From Microbotryum violaceum (taxonomy: Eukaryota): a stretch of DNA of 64,000 nucleotides. The position numbers were made by a program, and so were the translations under genes. The notes beneath the pieces were generated by a model. That model was not told the DNA's origin, did not search any database, and saw only the letters and a list, made by a program, of their open reading frames with translations. The stretch covers positions 1,937,591 through 2,001,590 of the forward strand of contig LN717261.1 in assembly GCA_001244265.2 (NCBI GenBank). The letters run 5' to 3'. This document shows positions 45,801-58,100 of the stretch, one piece after another (positions within the stretch are counted from its first letter, which is position 1; each line of letters begins with the position of its first letter).

Positions 45801-47298
45801 TCAGAGCTTGGAGGTCGCATCTCGAGTGACGTTGGCGATGATGAGACCGGACGGAGCATCGACGGGCATGAAGACTTCGGCATCCTTGGGATCCGTGTTC
45901 TTGAGGCCGAAAAAGGCCATGTCAACGGCGAAGTAGTGCTGCAAAGTTCGTCGAGGCGTTATGGTCCTCAGCGCGGGTGGCGAGGCCTAGATCGAAGACA
46001 TATAAGCTCACCTTGTTGGGCAGCTTGTACGACACCTCCGCGACCTGCTTGTGATCAGCCAAAATCTTTTCGCACATCTGATACAACGTCGCTTGGACCG
46101 AAGCCGAGTTGTGCGTCGCAAATATCTCCAAAGTCGTCGTTTCGACGGATTTGAAGATGCGTTCGAAGTCGATGCCGAGCTTGGGGATCGAGGCGGAGGT
46201 CAGAGCTGAAGTCGGGATGGGAATCGAGTAGGAGCAGTCGACGGAGGTGGAGAAGATCCGGTCGTCAACGGCTGTGGAGGGAAGACCTAGTGATGATCAG
46301 CCTCTGCGCGAATAGGAGAAACGTGCTCCAGGTTTGGAAACTCGGGAGAGTAGCGGACTTACGCTTCAAAGTCGTGAACTTGTCAAAAACATAGTTCTCG
46401 AACGAGCTCTCGGTCGTTTTGAGCACCAACAACTCCGAGATACCGGACGTGACTGTCGCGGTCGCCACGTTCTTGCCCTTGGTGGCATCAACCGTGACGT
46501 TCGTGAAGCGCTTCTCATCGCCATTCCGAACGAAGGAATGCTTGTGGGCCTTACCCGCGACGGGGATGCGCGACCATTTCAGTTGAATGACGTTGACGTG
46601 CGCTTTGTGGATATGGCTCTGCAAAGCAAAGAAGAAGGGGAGATTTTAGTCCACAAGTAGTCAGGAGGTCATCCGAGATTAGGGCCGTTAAATCCGGAGT
46701 CCGGTTAGCTCGAAGAGGCAACTCACGTAAGTCTCAACAAAGTGGGAAGCAAGATCGAGAGCGAATGACTCGGGCTGCAAAACGTGGGGGGATTGCTTGG
46801 CGAACAGATACCTGAAGAAGAGGGGGTGGACGTGGGAAGGACGGGGAAGGTGCTGATAAGCGACCGAGGTACGATACATACTCCCAAATCGCGAGTCTCA
46901 CGCACGTTGTGTTCTTGATCGAGTCGGTCGCGACAATCACAGAGTTGTCCGACTTCGTATAGGATGTCTCGATATCACTGCGGATGCAATTTTTTTTGTC
47001 AGGACTGTTCCCCACATACTGATGAGGGAGGCAACTGCGGGAGCAGACTGACCCTTCGAGCAGAGCCTGGACGATATACTCGGCGATGTCATGGATTCCG
47101 TCCTTGTTGCGGACGATTCGGAATGTTCGGACCTTGTCTTTTCCATCTGTGTTCGGTGAGGATAGGGCGCATCGGCAGGGATGGAGTGCACGAGACAGAG
47201 TTAGCCCATACAGGCTTATCGGGCCGCCCAATGGCGAGCACAGCACGTCACCGGCCCACAAGAAGAAGCTCACATTTAGCGTGCTTGAGATAAGGCAT
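45801..47298 (-). CDS. Uricase (urate oxidase), peroxisomal; 6 exons, apparently intact
   Basis: YGKDKVR, DNSVIVATDSIKNT, LLVLKTTESSFENY..DKFTTL, DRIFST, SASVQATLY, LPNKHYF, VFMPVDAPSGLI, C-terminal SKL (PTS1). All introns read GT..AG in frame. Confidence 0.96.
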
Positions 47299-48424
47299 GT
47301 TGAGGCTGGAAGCTATTCAAAAGGCAGGGAGATGGTCAGAACAATGCGAGAAGGCAATGAAGGTGTGCCGAGAGAGCGGAAGAGCTAGTAAGCGCCACTG
47401 CAGTACCGGAGCGAGCGGCGACCTGGACTAACAGAAGCTCACAGAGACTCACTGATTGACGAGAGCTGACGGGGGGGTCAGTGGGTCACCGGGAGAGTCG
47501 AAGGCGATTGGGCCAGGCGACGTTGAGCAAGTTTTGAAGCGGGAGCTTGAGCGGGCTGAGCGTTGAAGTGGGGCACACTCCAACAATAACCTGCCTGCAG
47601 CACAGGAGCTGTCTACGATCACAGACCGCCGGGATGAGTTCGGACAGCAGCGGCAGCAGTGGATGAGTCCGAAAGCCGCGACTCGGCCGAGTCGGGTTCC
47701 GCCTTCTCCGTCGGCCGGCGCCAACTGCATTGGGCATCATTAGCCCGGCGCCGAGGTTCAGGCGTAGCAGCGGAGTAAGCGGGAACAAGTCCGGGCGACA
47801 CCTGAGGGGTATTTTTTTTTTTTGTAGAAAACGTTCATCATATTGCCCCCAATTCCTGTTCCCCCTGTTTCGGCCGGAAAAACTAGATGGAAGACTACGA
47901 TGATAACACAAACCGCCCGCAAAAGTGCGAGAAACGAGCCAAGTCCACCAATCCGAGATTCGGATTCAAATGCCCTAGCCAAGCGGTTGCTCCCCCCCAG
48001 GAGACGAATGAGAGAGAGAAAGAGAGATGAAGAGAAAGAGAAAGAAAAGAAATGTACTAACGACAGAAGGCCCACCCCACAGTCACTTCCCACTCGGTCG
48101 AGACGAAGACAAGAGCACGACTGCGCAACCACCATGACCCTCGACGCTCCAAGTCTCTGCTCAGTCACAACAAGACGGGGTGAAGGTCCCTCAAACCCCC
48201 CCCCCCCCCTCGGCAGTCCCTGGCCCCTCAAAGCCGACTTTCTGCCTGTGTCCGCTGAGCCCTCCCTTGACTCAGAACCCCGAAGCCGAAGAGCGCGAGC
48301 CCCACCAAGTCGACGCCAAATCGCGAGATGGTCCATGATCCGCAACGGTGAACCTGTAAAAAATGAAAGAGGAAAGCGAACTATTTAGTGTACAGTAGGA
48401 GAAAATGATTTCACGAGAATTTGG

Positions 48425-50684
48425 TGTGTGTGTGTGTGGTGGTGGGGGGAAAGTTGAACCCAGCCTCTACTGCCCTCTCCTCCCCCAAGCTCCTCCCGCC
48501 CTCAGCTTCAACCTCTCCTCCAAGATGATCCTCCTCCTCACAACACCCTCCATCCTCGTCCCCCACTTTTGCATCCCCCACCTCCCGCTGCTGATCATCT
48601 CCAAGACCAGCCCGGTGAATATTTCGATCGTCCTGCCCGCTCCTTCTTGATCGCGTAGACTGGCCTTGAGCTTCGGAAGTCCGAACATGCGTTGAACAGC
48701 CGTGTAATGCGTGTTGTCGATCGTGTCGAGCCCCAGTGCGTCGCAGAGCACGCTCCTTGCCGCGATCCAAACATTCCCAGAGTCAACGCAGTCGAAGAAG
48801 TAGTGCTCCCGATCGTCCTTAGGCGCTCCACAGACGAGGCACGCGGGCGAGTCGTCGTGCTTTTGATGAAACTGCAGACTCCGAGTCGGGATGAAGTTTC
48901 TGACGAGCTTGAACCACACCTCGCGTTCCCTCGCCGTCAATGCCTTCGAGTTGACCCCCTTCCAGAATCCCTTGATATCGTCGGGCTGCAGCGAGTCCCT
49001 GAAACCGATCGTGTCGGTGAAGGCCTTTGCATTCAAGACTCGGCGGACGCGACGGATGGTGTATGGCCAATCCATGCTGAGCAAGTTGTATTGTGTTGAT
49101 TGGTCTGGGAGAGCCGGTCTCGGAAGGCGCTGCGGCGGGTCGATCGGATGGGGCAGGATCGACTCGAGCGGCGTGGTGGGGCGGACCTCGGATCTGGGGC
49201 GGACTCGGGAGGCCCGTTGATTCGTACTGCCGCCACCGGTTGAGCTATTGGTGTGAACCTTAATCGATTGATCGCATGCCGGTACCATGCCACAATGTGC
49301 TCTCGTTGTGGGCGGCCCCGTTGATCGTATTCGCTGTTGCTGACGACCACATCCGTCGGCGGCGTCCAGAGATGAAAGCCCCCGCCCGGGTACAGCTCGC
49401 GTCGAAACAGGTCCGCTACCTTGGCGTAATTGGCAAACGCAGCATAGTCGGCGTCGTAGGGTGATCGCGACACAGCTGGTGCTCCCGGTAGTAGTGAAGG
49501 GTGTGCAACTTGATCGGAAGAGCGAGAAGATTCGCGAGCGTCAACGTCCTCGGTTTGACTTGCGCATTGTGCGTCGATGGTACCTTCAGCACGGCCTGCC
49601 ATCTTGGGTGTAGATCGGTTCGGATTGGAGTGTAGTCGCAAGGCCACGCATCAGTTGCCAAGTCAAAGTCGGGGGCGGGATGGGCTCGTACAATTGCCGC
49701 GCGCGCAAGTCCCTGCCAGATCGCATCCGAACCGCCAAGAAGCACATCCCAGACGCGTGCCGCAACCGAGTCGACGACGTCCTGCATCCGCATGACCCCA
49801 AGACCCCCCTTGAACCTCGGTGTGAAGACGACGTCCTTGCCATAGCACGACCTCCTCTTGCCGCCGCCGACAAAGTCGACAAGAATGCGATCAAGCTCCT
49901 TGACGACCTCGAGCGGTGGGATGTCAGCGGAGAGGATGTGCAGAATCTTGGGAATGGCGTATCGGTTGACGTAGAACGCTCGGGTGTGGTGTGTGAGCCC
50001 CCGGTCCCGTGCCGAATCGAGCACCGCTTCGAGCCGTGCGACGAGATTCACGTTGGCGAGTTCGGTGTTGCCGGTGGGGTCGAAAGATAGGCCGATCCAC
50101 TCGAGCGACTCGCCCTCGGCCTTGACGACGAGCGGACGATCGCCAGCCTCCCAGCGACACCCGATGGTCAGTACGACGGTCTTTTCGGTGTTGAGCCGGC
50201 CATTGGTTGCGAGCCTCCAGTCGAGCGCCAGGTCGTTGAGCAAGGTGAGTGACTCCGAGCCCGCGACGGCGACGACGATGTCATCAGCAAACGCAAGAGA
50301 TGTAATGGCGCGGCTCTGTGGGTAGGGGTGAATGGTAGGAAGCGAGAGGTTCAGCGCGATGCCTCGACGGTGCAGAGCATCCAGGAACGGCTGGAACACG
50401 ACATCCCAGACCGACGACGACGCCGGGTCCCCTTGGCCGAGCCCACACGTCAGCCGCACCGGCGGAGTCAAGAAGCCGTTGATGATATATCGCGCCGTAG
50501 TCGAGTCACCCGAGTAGAGCATCCTCAGAACGCGTTGGAAGGCGGCAGGAGCGCCGAGAGCGTCGAAGATGGCGAAGATCCATTCGTGCTCGACGAGGTC
50601 GTAAGCCGACGATTGGTCTAGAGACAAGAGCGCCGCGTCAGGGAACTCGGTGCCGCGCGCGCCCAGCTCCTCGATCAAGCACCT
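48425..50684 (-). mobile_element. 5'-truncated LINE (L1/Tx1-like RT plus zf-RVT), frameshifted
   Basis: LSLDQSSAYDLV, GLGQGDPAS, FADD, LNTEKT, KGGLGV, then CLVCGAPKDDREHYFFDC. (CA)n-like tail near 48425-48445. Confidence 0.9.
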
Positions 50685-50921
50685 ATGCGGGTCAAAATAA
50701 GCTTAACAAATATACTACCCCGTGCGTGGCGAGTTAAGGGAGCTTTTTGGATATTTGGCCCAGGAAAACGTTGGTACGGGCTAGGTGCACCATTGCCCTG
50801 CCAAACCCCAGCCCCCCGGAGGCAAAAGTGGTCACTAATTCGGGCACTTGCTACCTATCTCCGCTAATGGTCCATCTGCCTCAGCACGACGAGTTCCCCG
50901 CACTTCCCTCCACCCAATGCC

Positions 50922-53900
50922 TTGCAGGCTTGCACCCATTGCTTCAAGCATGGACATCCTACCACACACACCACCACCTCTACAACCTCGCTCAGCATCG
51001 CCAGTCGGAACAGAGAAGGGAAAACGCCTGACAAGACCAAGCGCAAGAAGAGCACGACCGTGAGGAGGAGGAGGAGGAAGAAGGTGACCAGCAGCAACAA
51101 GGACACGTTCGAGAATGGGGCCACGACGTCGGTCGGAACGGAGGAGGAGGCGAAGACGAAGAAGATGAAGAGGAGGAAATTATGGACCAAGCGAGTACGG
51201 AAAAGGGAGCCATCGTTGTCCCCGGATAGCGAGCTGTTCGACAAGACGTTCGGCTTCAACTTCGGCATTTTCCGCTCTGCAACGAAGAGGCGTCCGAAAC
51301 GTCAGCCGGGCCCTCCCCTATCACCATCAGTCCAGAGGTCAACGCGTCGTCGGAAGGAGCATTCGGAGAAATCCATTGCCGGCCTCCACAAATCATCGTC
51401 CGAGCTTTGGCCTGACACTGCCGATGGCGCAACGGCGTGGCCTCTAGACACCGAGACCGACGGCTTCGAGCACAATTTCAAGCCTGACAGCGCGCCCGAC
51501 TTTGAGCCCGACTACGACTTCGGTCGCGACTTCGGCGGTGGATACTCATCTGGACCGGAGCATTCGCCATTCCACCCAGACGGTGCTTCTCAAGACCAAG
51601 CGCCCTCTTCACTTAAGCCATCGCAGATCGAGAGGAACGCCAAGAAGCAGCGCAATCGTCGCCGGAATGCGAGGGCCAAAGCCAAGACTAGGGCGTCAAA
51701 ACGAGCTGAACTTCTCCAGGTGTACCTATTGATGAAGAAAAAGGCCAAAGGAGTGCATCGACAGAGCGGGTTTGTCCCTTCCCCGGACGACGAGGAGTGG
51801 TGCGACGCATGTCATGAACGCCGAGTCACCAGAAAGGTCCGGGTTGTCAACCTGTTTTTTGCAGGTAGGTGCTTCTGTTGCACATCTTTTGTCAATCACC
51901 CCTACGCTATCGTCTTGGACTGATTTGATATCCCCCAACCATGAGCAGGCATGCGAGAACTACGATACTGCCCATGCTATCCCGAGATCCAAACCCTGGC
52001 AGCTCACGGTCTTCTCCCGACGTCGTCATCTTCAATCCGAAAAAGAGAAAGCATCACCGCATTCACCTTTCGCACGATCGAATATCTCGACACCTACTGG
52101 GGGTAGATCCTTTTGGTATCTATGACATGTCCAAAGCGCTCATTCTCTTTTGGTCCTCTGAATTATCTCCGGAGGATCCTTTTAACAAGGTGGGCTCTGG
52201 ACAGGGACAGGCCGGAAACATTCACTGTTTCTTACAGAAAATATTGGAAGCTTCCCAGGGTCCAACCGTGCGTCAGCATCTTCAAGCCGCAATGGATGAA
52301 TATTCATTTATGCAACAGCTGCAGGCAACTTTTACCGCCGAAATTCTCGGCCTCTCCCCGCGCGAGCGTCTGGCCGACGTTAGTCTGGCATGTTTTGGGC
52401 CTCGGATCGATGAAGCCGGCAAGAGCGAGAATGACCTCGATGTCATCATTGCTGTCGACGGCAATTTTCAGCATCGACGATTCGCGCGGGCAACTGCTGA
52501 ACCTCTCAAGTCACGTCCAGCGTTATTCCTGCCACCAGACAAGATTCGAAACGAGCAAGCTTTGATCGACGGATCGACTGAAGCGGGCGAGAAGGTACCT
52601 TGGTGCTGCTGATGCCGGGTCACCCGAACCCAATAATGCGTTGACCCGACTGCCTGTGATTGCTAAACGGGCTATTCTATCATACAGGCCGAATGCACAG
52701 CCAACTGGAAGGCCGCAGATGGTGGTGTGACATCCGCTTCATCAAATGTAGTGGCCAACACAGGCCTCGTTGCTGCAGTGTGCCGTCATGATCATTGCCT
52801 GCGACTTTGCAACCTTCATCAATCAGGTGAAAAGTATGTGTGGACCGGCCATCTGTGACTCCAGGCAAGGACACTACTAAGCGAATTTGGTCTACCGCAG
52901 GTTAGTATATCCCGTGTCGCTGTTGAAATGGATTCTCGAAGAAGTTGAAGTCGGAGAAACGGATTGTACTACGGGGCCTGCGCGTACCAGTGACGCTACA
53001 AACGTCGGATCCAGCTCGGGATCGGGCTCCCACCAAAGTTCGAGTCAGGATCGAAGTCGCGTCAGAGTCGCGTATGATTTCGCCTGCAACTTATCGTCGC
53101 ACTTACGCCGTGTGAGTTTGTTCGTGACACTCAGCCTGAGCATTGGCTTAGTCCGTAGCTGAGCAGCTCATCTCTCCCCGGTATGCGCAGCGCAATCTTC
53201 TGGCAGACCACTTACCGCGTCTAGAATTTGCTCTCTCGTCGATGCATGCCTATGCGCACAAGTGGTCCTGCCAGGTTGACTTTGATCCGCGCTTTCTACC
53301 CAATTTTGGTTTGACTGATGCCGAGGGAGCCGAGCGCTTGTGGTCGCAGCTTTGAGGCATGATACCCATGAATGGATCATCCAGTGCCTCCCATCGGCTG
53401 GAGAACATCAATCGTCGAGCGTCTGCTTATAACAAGCAGCATCTGGCCGAACTTGGTTCGCCTAAGCGTCCAGTCTTTCATGCACTACCTTACCATGTCG
53501 CTGATCTTTGGCGTATCGATCATGCCAGTGACCAAACTTATTTATCGACTCAAAAACGCAATCAAGCTCAAGGCCGAAGCCGACAGTCATTGCTGAGGTC
53601 GTTAATCGCTCCGCCGAATGGACGGTCGCTACCCTCCTTGAACAATGACACGCGCAACGTGCAGCGTCCAAGCAGATCCCTCTGAAAGAGCAGCGCAAAG
53701 AGGTAGCCGAGATGCGCAACGTCATGTTCAAGCTTGAGCTGATTAACGGAGACATCGCAGCAAGCCGGTGAGTCTGAGCTATCGTCGTCGTTTGGGAGTG
53801 AGACACGAACCGGTAACCTAAATTCGGTATTCATTTTTCGATTGCTACAGGGGAGACCTAGCCTGCGTGAACACCATAGATACGAACAAGCTTATAGAAC

Positions 53901-55122
53901 AGTCGACTAAACTTCAACAGCTGGTCAAACAACGGCAGGTTCTTGATGATCGACTGAACTCCTTACGCACGTCGGACATAAACATCAGTGTCCTGGACCC
54001 TGGTATGTCACTCCCTTCTTCCATTCTGACCCTCTGGTGTGATCCCCGTTGTCCTCGCTTAAATATTTCAATACCTTTGATTGGCACACACTATGAATCT
54101 GCCTGCACATTGAGTGTCGCATCTCGCTCGCTGTGGGACTTGGTCGTACAATATCGACGGGAGCCGAGAAGCTGCGGCTCCCGCGCCTAGGCGGTAAAGC
54201 CCTCGGTAGGAAATCCCGGGTACGAGTCTTCTGCGCCGGCAGAAGGAACGCTGATGTGTAGCAATGCCAGCTCATAGGTACGAAAGCGGCTGGTCTCCTG
54301 GTCAAGAATCTTAATTCTTTGCGTCCACGACTCATGAAGGCAGTGGCGATGTATAACGACGAGGTGAAAAAGTATGCTGCCATCCTCGCCAATTCTCAGG
54401 ATTCCTATCCGATCTTGAGAACCCGAAGGATACCGCCATCAGCCCCAGAGGATCGCAACGAAGTGCTCAAACTCAACATCTTCGTGCCGCTCTGGAACAA
54501 CAGATTATATAGTCATCCCACTGAGCCGTGGGCCTACGATGATGATGTTCGTGTCGGCATTCCAGCAGTATTGTCTCGCGCAAGATGCCAGCAAAAAATC
54601 AAGCGACTTGGATAGGAAGTGCGTCGCATTGGACGGTGGCTGATAAGCCGTCGCAAGAGGTTTCAGCAAGTTCGCAAGCAATTACCCCAACTAGATGAGC
54701 AGGATGACTCTGCGATGATGCTGCTCGAGCAAGTTGAAGAAGAGCGTCTTAGAACTATTGCGCGCCGATGGTTTTCGAAGGGCGACCTAGATCACCTGTG
54801 GGAATGCACCCGGCAAACCGGCAAACCGCAAATGGAGGAGTGGGTCGAGCTTCAAATGTGGTGCACCGACGACGTTGATGTTTTTCAACGAACCACAGCG
54901 GGTGGCTTGCCGGATCACACATGGCCAGATTGCATCAATGATGGGATGGTTGGAGAGTCGGACGACATCACCACGGATCATGACACCCTTCTTGACATCA
55001 GTGATCATTTGAGCGATGATCTGAATCATCATTCCGTCGACACTACCGATTACGGCGCCTTCAGTGACGAGATCAACGAGAACTTTGATGAAGACGATGG
55101 CGATGTTTTTTGGGGGATTTGA
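50922..55122 (+). mobile_element. KDZ (Kyakuja-Dileera-Zisupton) transposase gene, intron-containing, pseudogenised; start approximate
   Basis: LACFGP..IIAVDGNFQHRR, GLVAAVCRHD..CNL.QSGEK, YDFACNL, MHAYAHKWSCQ.....GLTDAEGAERLWS. In-frame TGA at 53353-53355; acidic C-terminus. Confidence 0.9.
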
Positions 55123-58100
55123 TATTGATCATATATAGTTGCAGTCTTTTGCCCAGTTGCTACTTGCAATAGTAAAGAGATCAATGATGTGTTCATTTCG
55201 CTAGTAATTCTACCCGTTATACGACGCTTTGCCAGGAAGTGCAACAAGGGCGATCAGACATCCAAGACCCGGCATCGCTAAATCGCTCGATCTTGCGGTG
55301 GCTCGCCTAATGTCGCTCGAGTAAAGCTGGCAGCCGGAGCCCAACACGACCGGTAAGATTTAGAGGAAGAGCGCGCTACACTGAGGGAGTGAACACAAGC
55401 GTTCATTGCATCTTCTGTGCTGACTGCGCTGAGATCTCCTACATGTAGAATTCACCGCGCTCCCTGCCAGTCAGTCTCATGCGCAGTCCGTGTCGTGCCT
55501 TGGGTGACACTTCCCGAACAGGCAGCAGGGATTGCAAAAGTACTTATTATATTCCAACATTGCCGACTACATTTTGATGTATACTTGAACGAAGTCCTGA
55601 TCCGGCTCACAGCCCCAACGTCGTACAAAGGTCTTCTGTGGTGTTGCCACGGCCACTCCGAGGCTCACACTCGCCCAGCTCCGTAGAGTGTTTGCCTCGG
55701 CACTTGGTTGATGACTTTTCAAACGCAAGGACCAGAAGTTGATCACCCCTAACAGTCTTTTTCGATATGATGTAATGAGTTATACATTGGTGGCACTTTA
55801 ATGAGCTCTGTGCTAAGTTGCTTATAGCCAGCGTACTGCTTTGTCGCAATTCCTTCCTGCGTAGTTCACACGCTCACTGTAATCTCGATGCGAAGTACAT
55901 CATCACGGGCGCTTGCGTTTCAACAGTCGAACTGCAGCAAGTCATAGTCACCCATACCCAAAGTATTGTGCTGTATATGACTGAATGAAGCCACGAGGGA
56001 GTCAGATTTACCTGATACACCCCTTGCTCTGTCGTTGCTCTACGTTTTCTTATCGCATTAGGCGGCTTGAGAGTTCTGCACGCTGTTGTGGCCTAGGCCT
56101 CCTTCTAATATCGACCGACCGACCGCCCTGCCGTGGTTTTCGGCGATGGCAGGTCATATAGTCTTTTGTGACACCAATCAGGGTTCAAATTCAAGGTGGA
56201 CAACACGTCGTGTTGGAGTCAGACTGAAAGTACCCAAACCGGGAGGGTGTTTTCAAAGTTCTTCTCGACAGGACATACCGTCTTGTCATCATTGTGATGG
56301 TGATCTTCTTGGTCTTCAGTTGGGTCTTATAGTTGCGACGATGGGTGAATTTAGGATGGGACATGGAAGGAGAGGTCGAGCTGTCGCCTGACCCCTGTAT
56401 TGCAGTCCCACCGAATGCCCTCACAGTTGTCCACCGTCCGGGTTTGCGGCGCGCAGGCAATTGAGGGTTATGCAGTGGCAACCGGTCCGACCTGAAGGTG
56501 AAGTCAGATTGTATCTAAGGGAAGAAGACAACGGTAGGCCAAAAGGTCAAACAGGCTTATGCAACGAGACCCGGTCAATGGTACGGCGCCTTCGGACGAA
56601 GCATGGATACATGGATATGATAATGATTAGGAGGGATCGGTTCCCAAGTGTGTTTGAAACGGGAGGCGCAAGAAACGGCGATGAGGTCGAAGTTGGAAAA
56701 GGTGTATGGCCATTTCGTTGTGCATCACAAGTTCAGAAGAAGAAGAAGAAAGAGGAGATGCGTCGGCCCGAGAGCCATTCTAATTTCGTTGACCCAAAGG
56801 TAAATAGATGCGCAGAGATGTCACCTGCATGGATGCGAGCGCCAGGCTGTTGTGCTGCGGCCCATGCGGTGCGCCCCGAGTCCTTGTAGGACAAAGGTGC
56901 GAAACGATTGGTTGTGAAGGAAGACTCCAGCGTAATCTCTGGAAGGGGGGCCGTAGATGAACGGGATGCCGGCGCCGGGAGCACACAGGGGCCCCCGGGC
57001 CTTGACGTAGGAAACGGTCCGCTGGGGGGGGGGTCGAGTATACCCAGTGATCTTGGCGGAGCCTGACAGAATGAGCATTTTGATCATATTAATTTGCAAT
57101 CCTGTTAAGATTAATCGCCACAATCAAGATGGCAGCTGAGACGCTGTATGCGTGCATGACAATCATCTGAAACTAAACTCAAGAATCTATACTGAAAGAC
57201 GCGTCACAAACCACAGAGACATAACAAATATCGGTCATCTTGCAGACCGACTCAGAGCATAGTATGCCCAAAGAAAGACATAAGAACGGTCTCAATCCAT
57301 CGACGATGTTTTGCTTCATTCATCCTCCGGTCTCATCCGCCACCGCAAATCAGCCAGTGATAATCGCTCTGCGGTTGCACTATAGTCAGGCGCGATTGGC
57401 ATATGGGATGTTCGATCCGGAAAGTATGGGCCGGACTAAAGTCGCGTTCATGGCCACCACCGTACTCGCTGTGACGTTCATCATCCCAATCCATCCCACT
57501 CGGGTTGGCGGCTTCGTCGAAATCGGCCTGAATCGGAGGGCCCATTGGAGGCCGAGGAGACGGCGAGCTAGCTTCGCCACGAGCATGTTCATTGAAGGTT
57601 CTTTGCTGAATTTGGCGCGCAGTGTACGTAACCATGTGCCGGGTTCCGGGGATGTTGGTGCGGAGTCGAGCGTCCGAACGAAGGCCTCGGGGCTTTTAGT
57701 CAAGATGTCCGACAGTCCCTCGAAGTAGTTAGGTCGGAACTTGAAGCGATTTCATTTATGCCTGCCCATTGTCTGATACAGATTCGAGAACGCGTTACTG
57801 TGTGTTACAATAGTTGGTGCTCGTCTTAGAACTGAGGCGGGTCTGATTTGGCCAGATCGGCAGGTCCATTAAGCCAGCCAAAAAAACTCGTGCGCGCACG
57901 CGCGATAAGGCAGCTTTTCTGTTTTTTGGCCCGGGGGGAGCTTGGCAAAGGGATGGTGTACCATTGCTCCCCCCTCGCACACTCTGGCACGGTGCACCTC
58001 TCTGGGCGTCCCACGAGCCGTGAAGCGAAGCTTATCAGCTAATTGGTATTAGAGTTATCCCTATAGATAATACCAATCCTCATTTACCAATGTTCCCAAG

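Noticed and set aside
55400-57720. Possible accessory gene on the minus strand downstream of KDZ
   Set aside because: Exon-like pieces are present but no consistent model or family could be supported.
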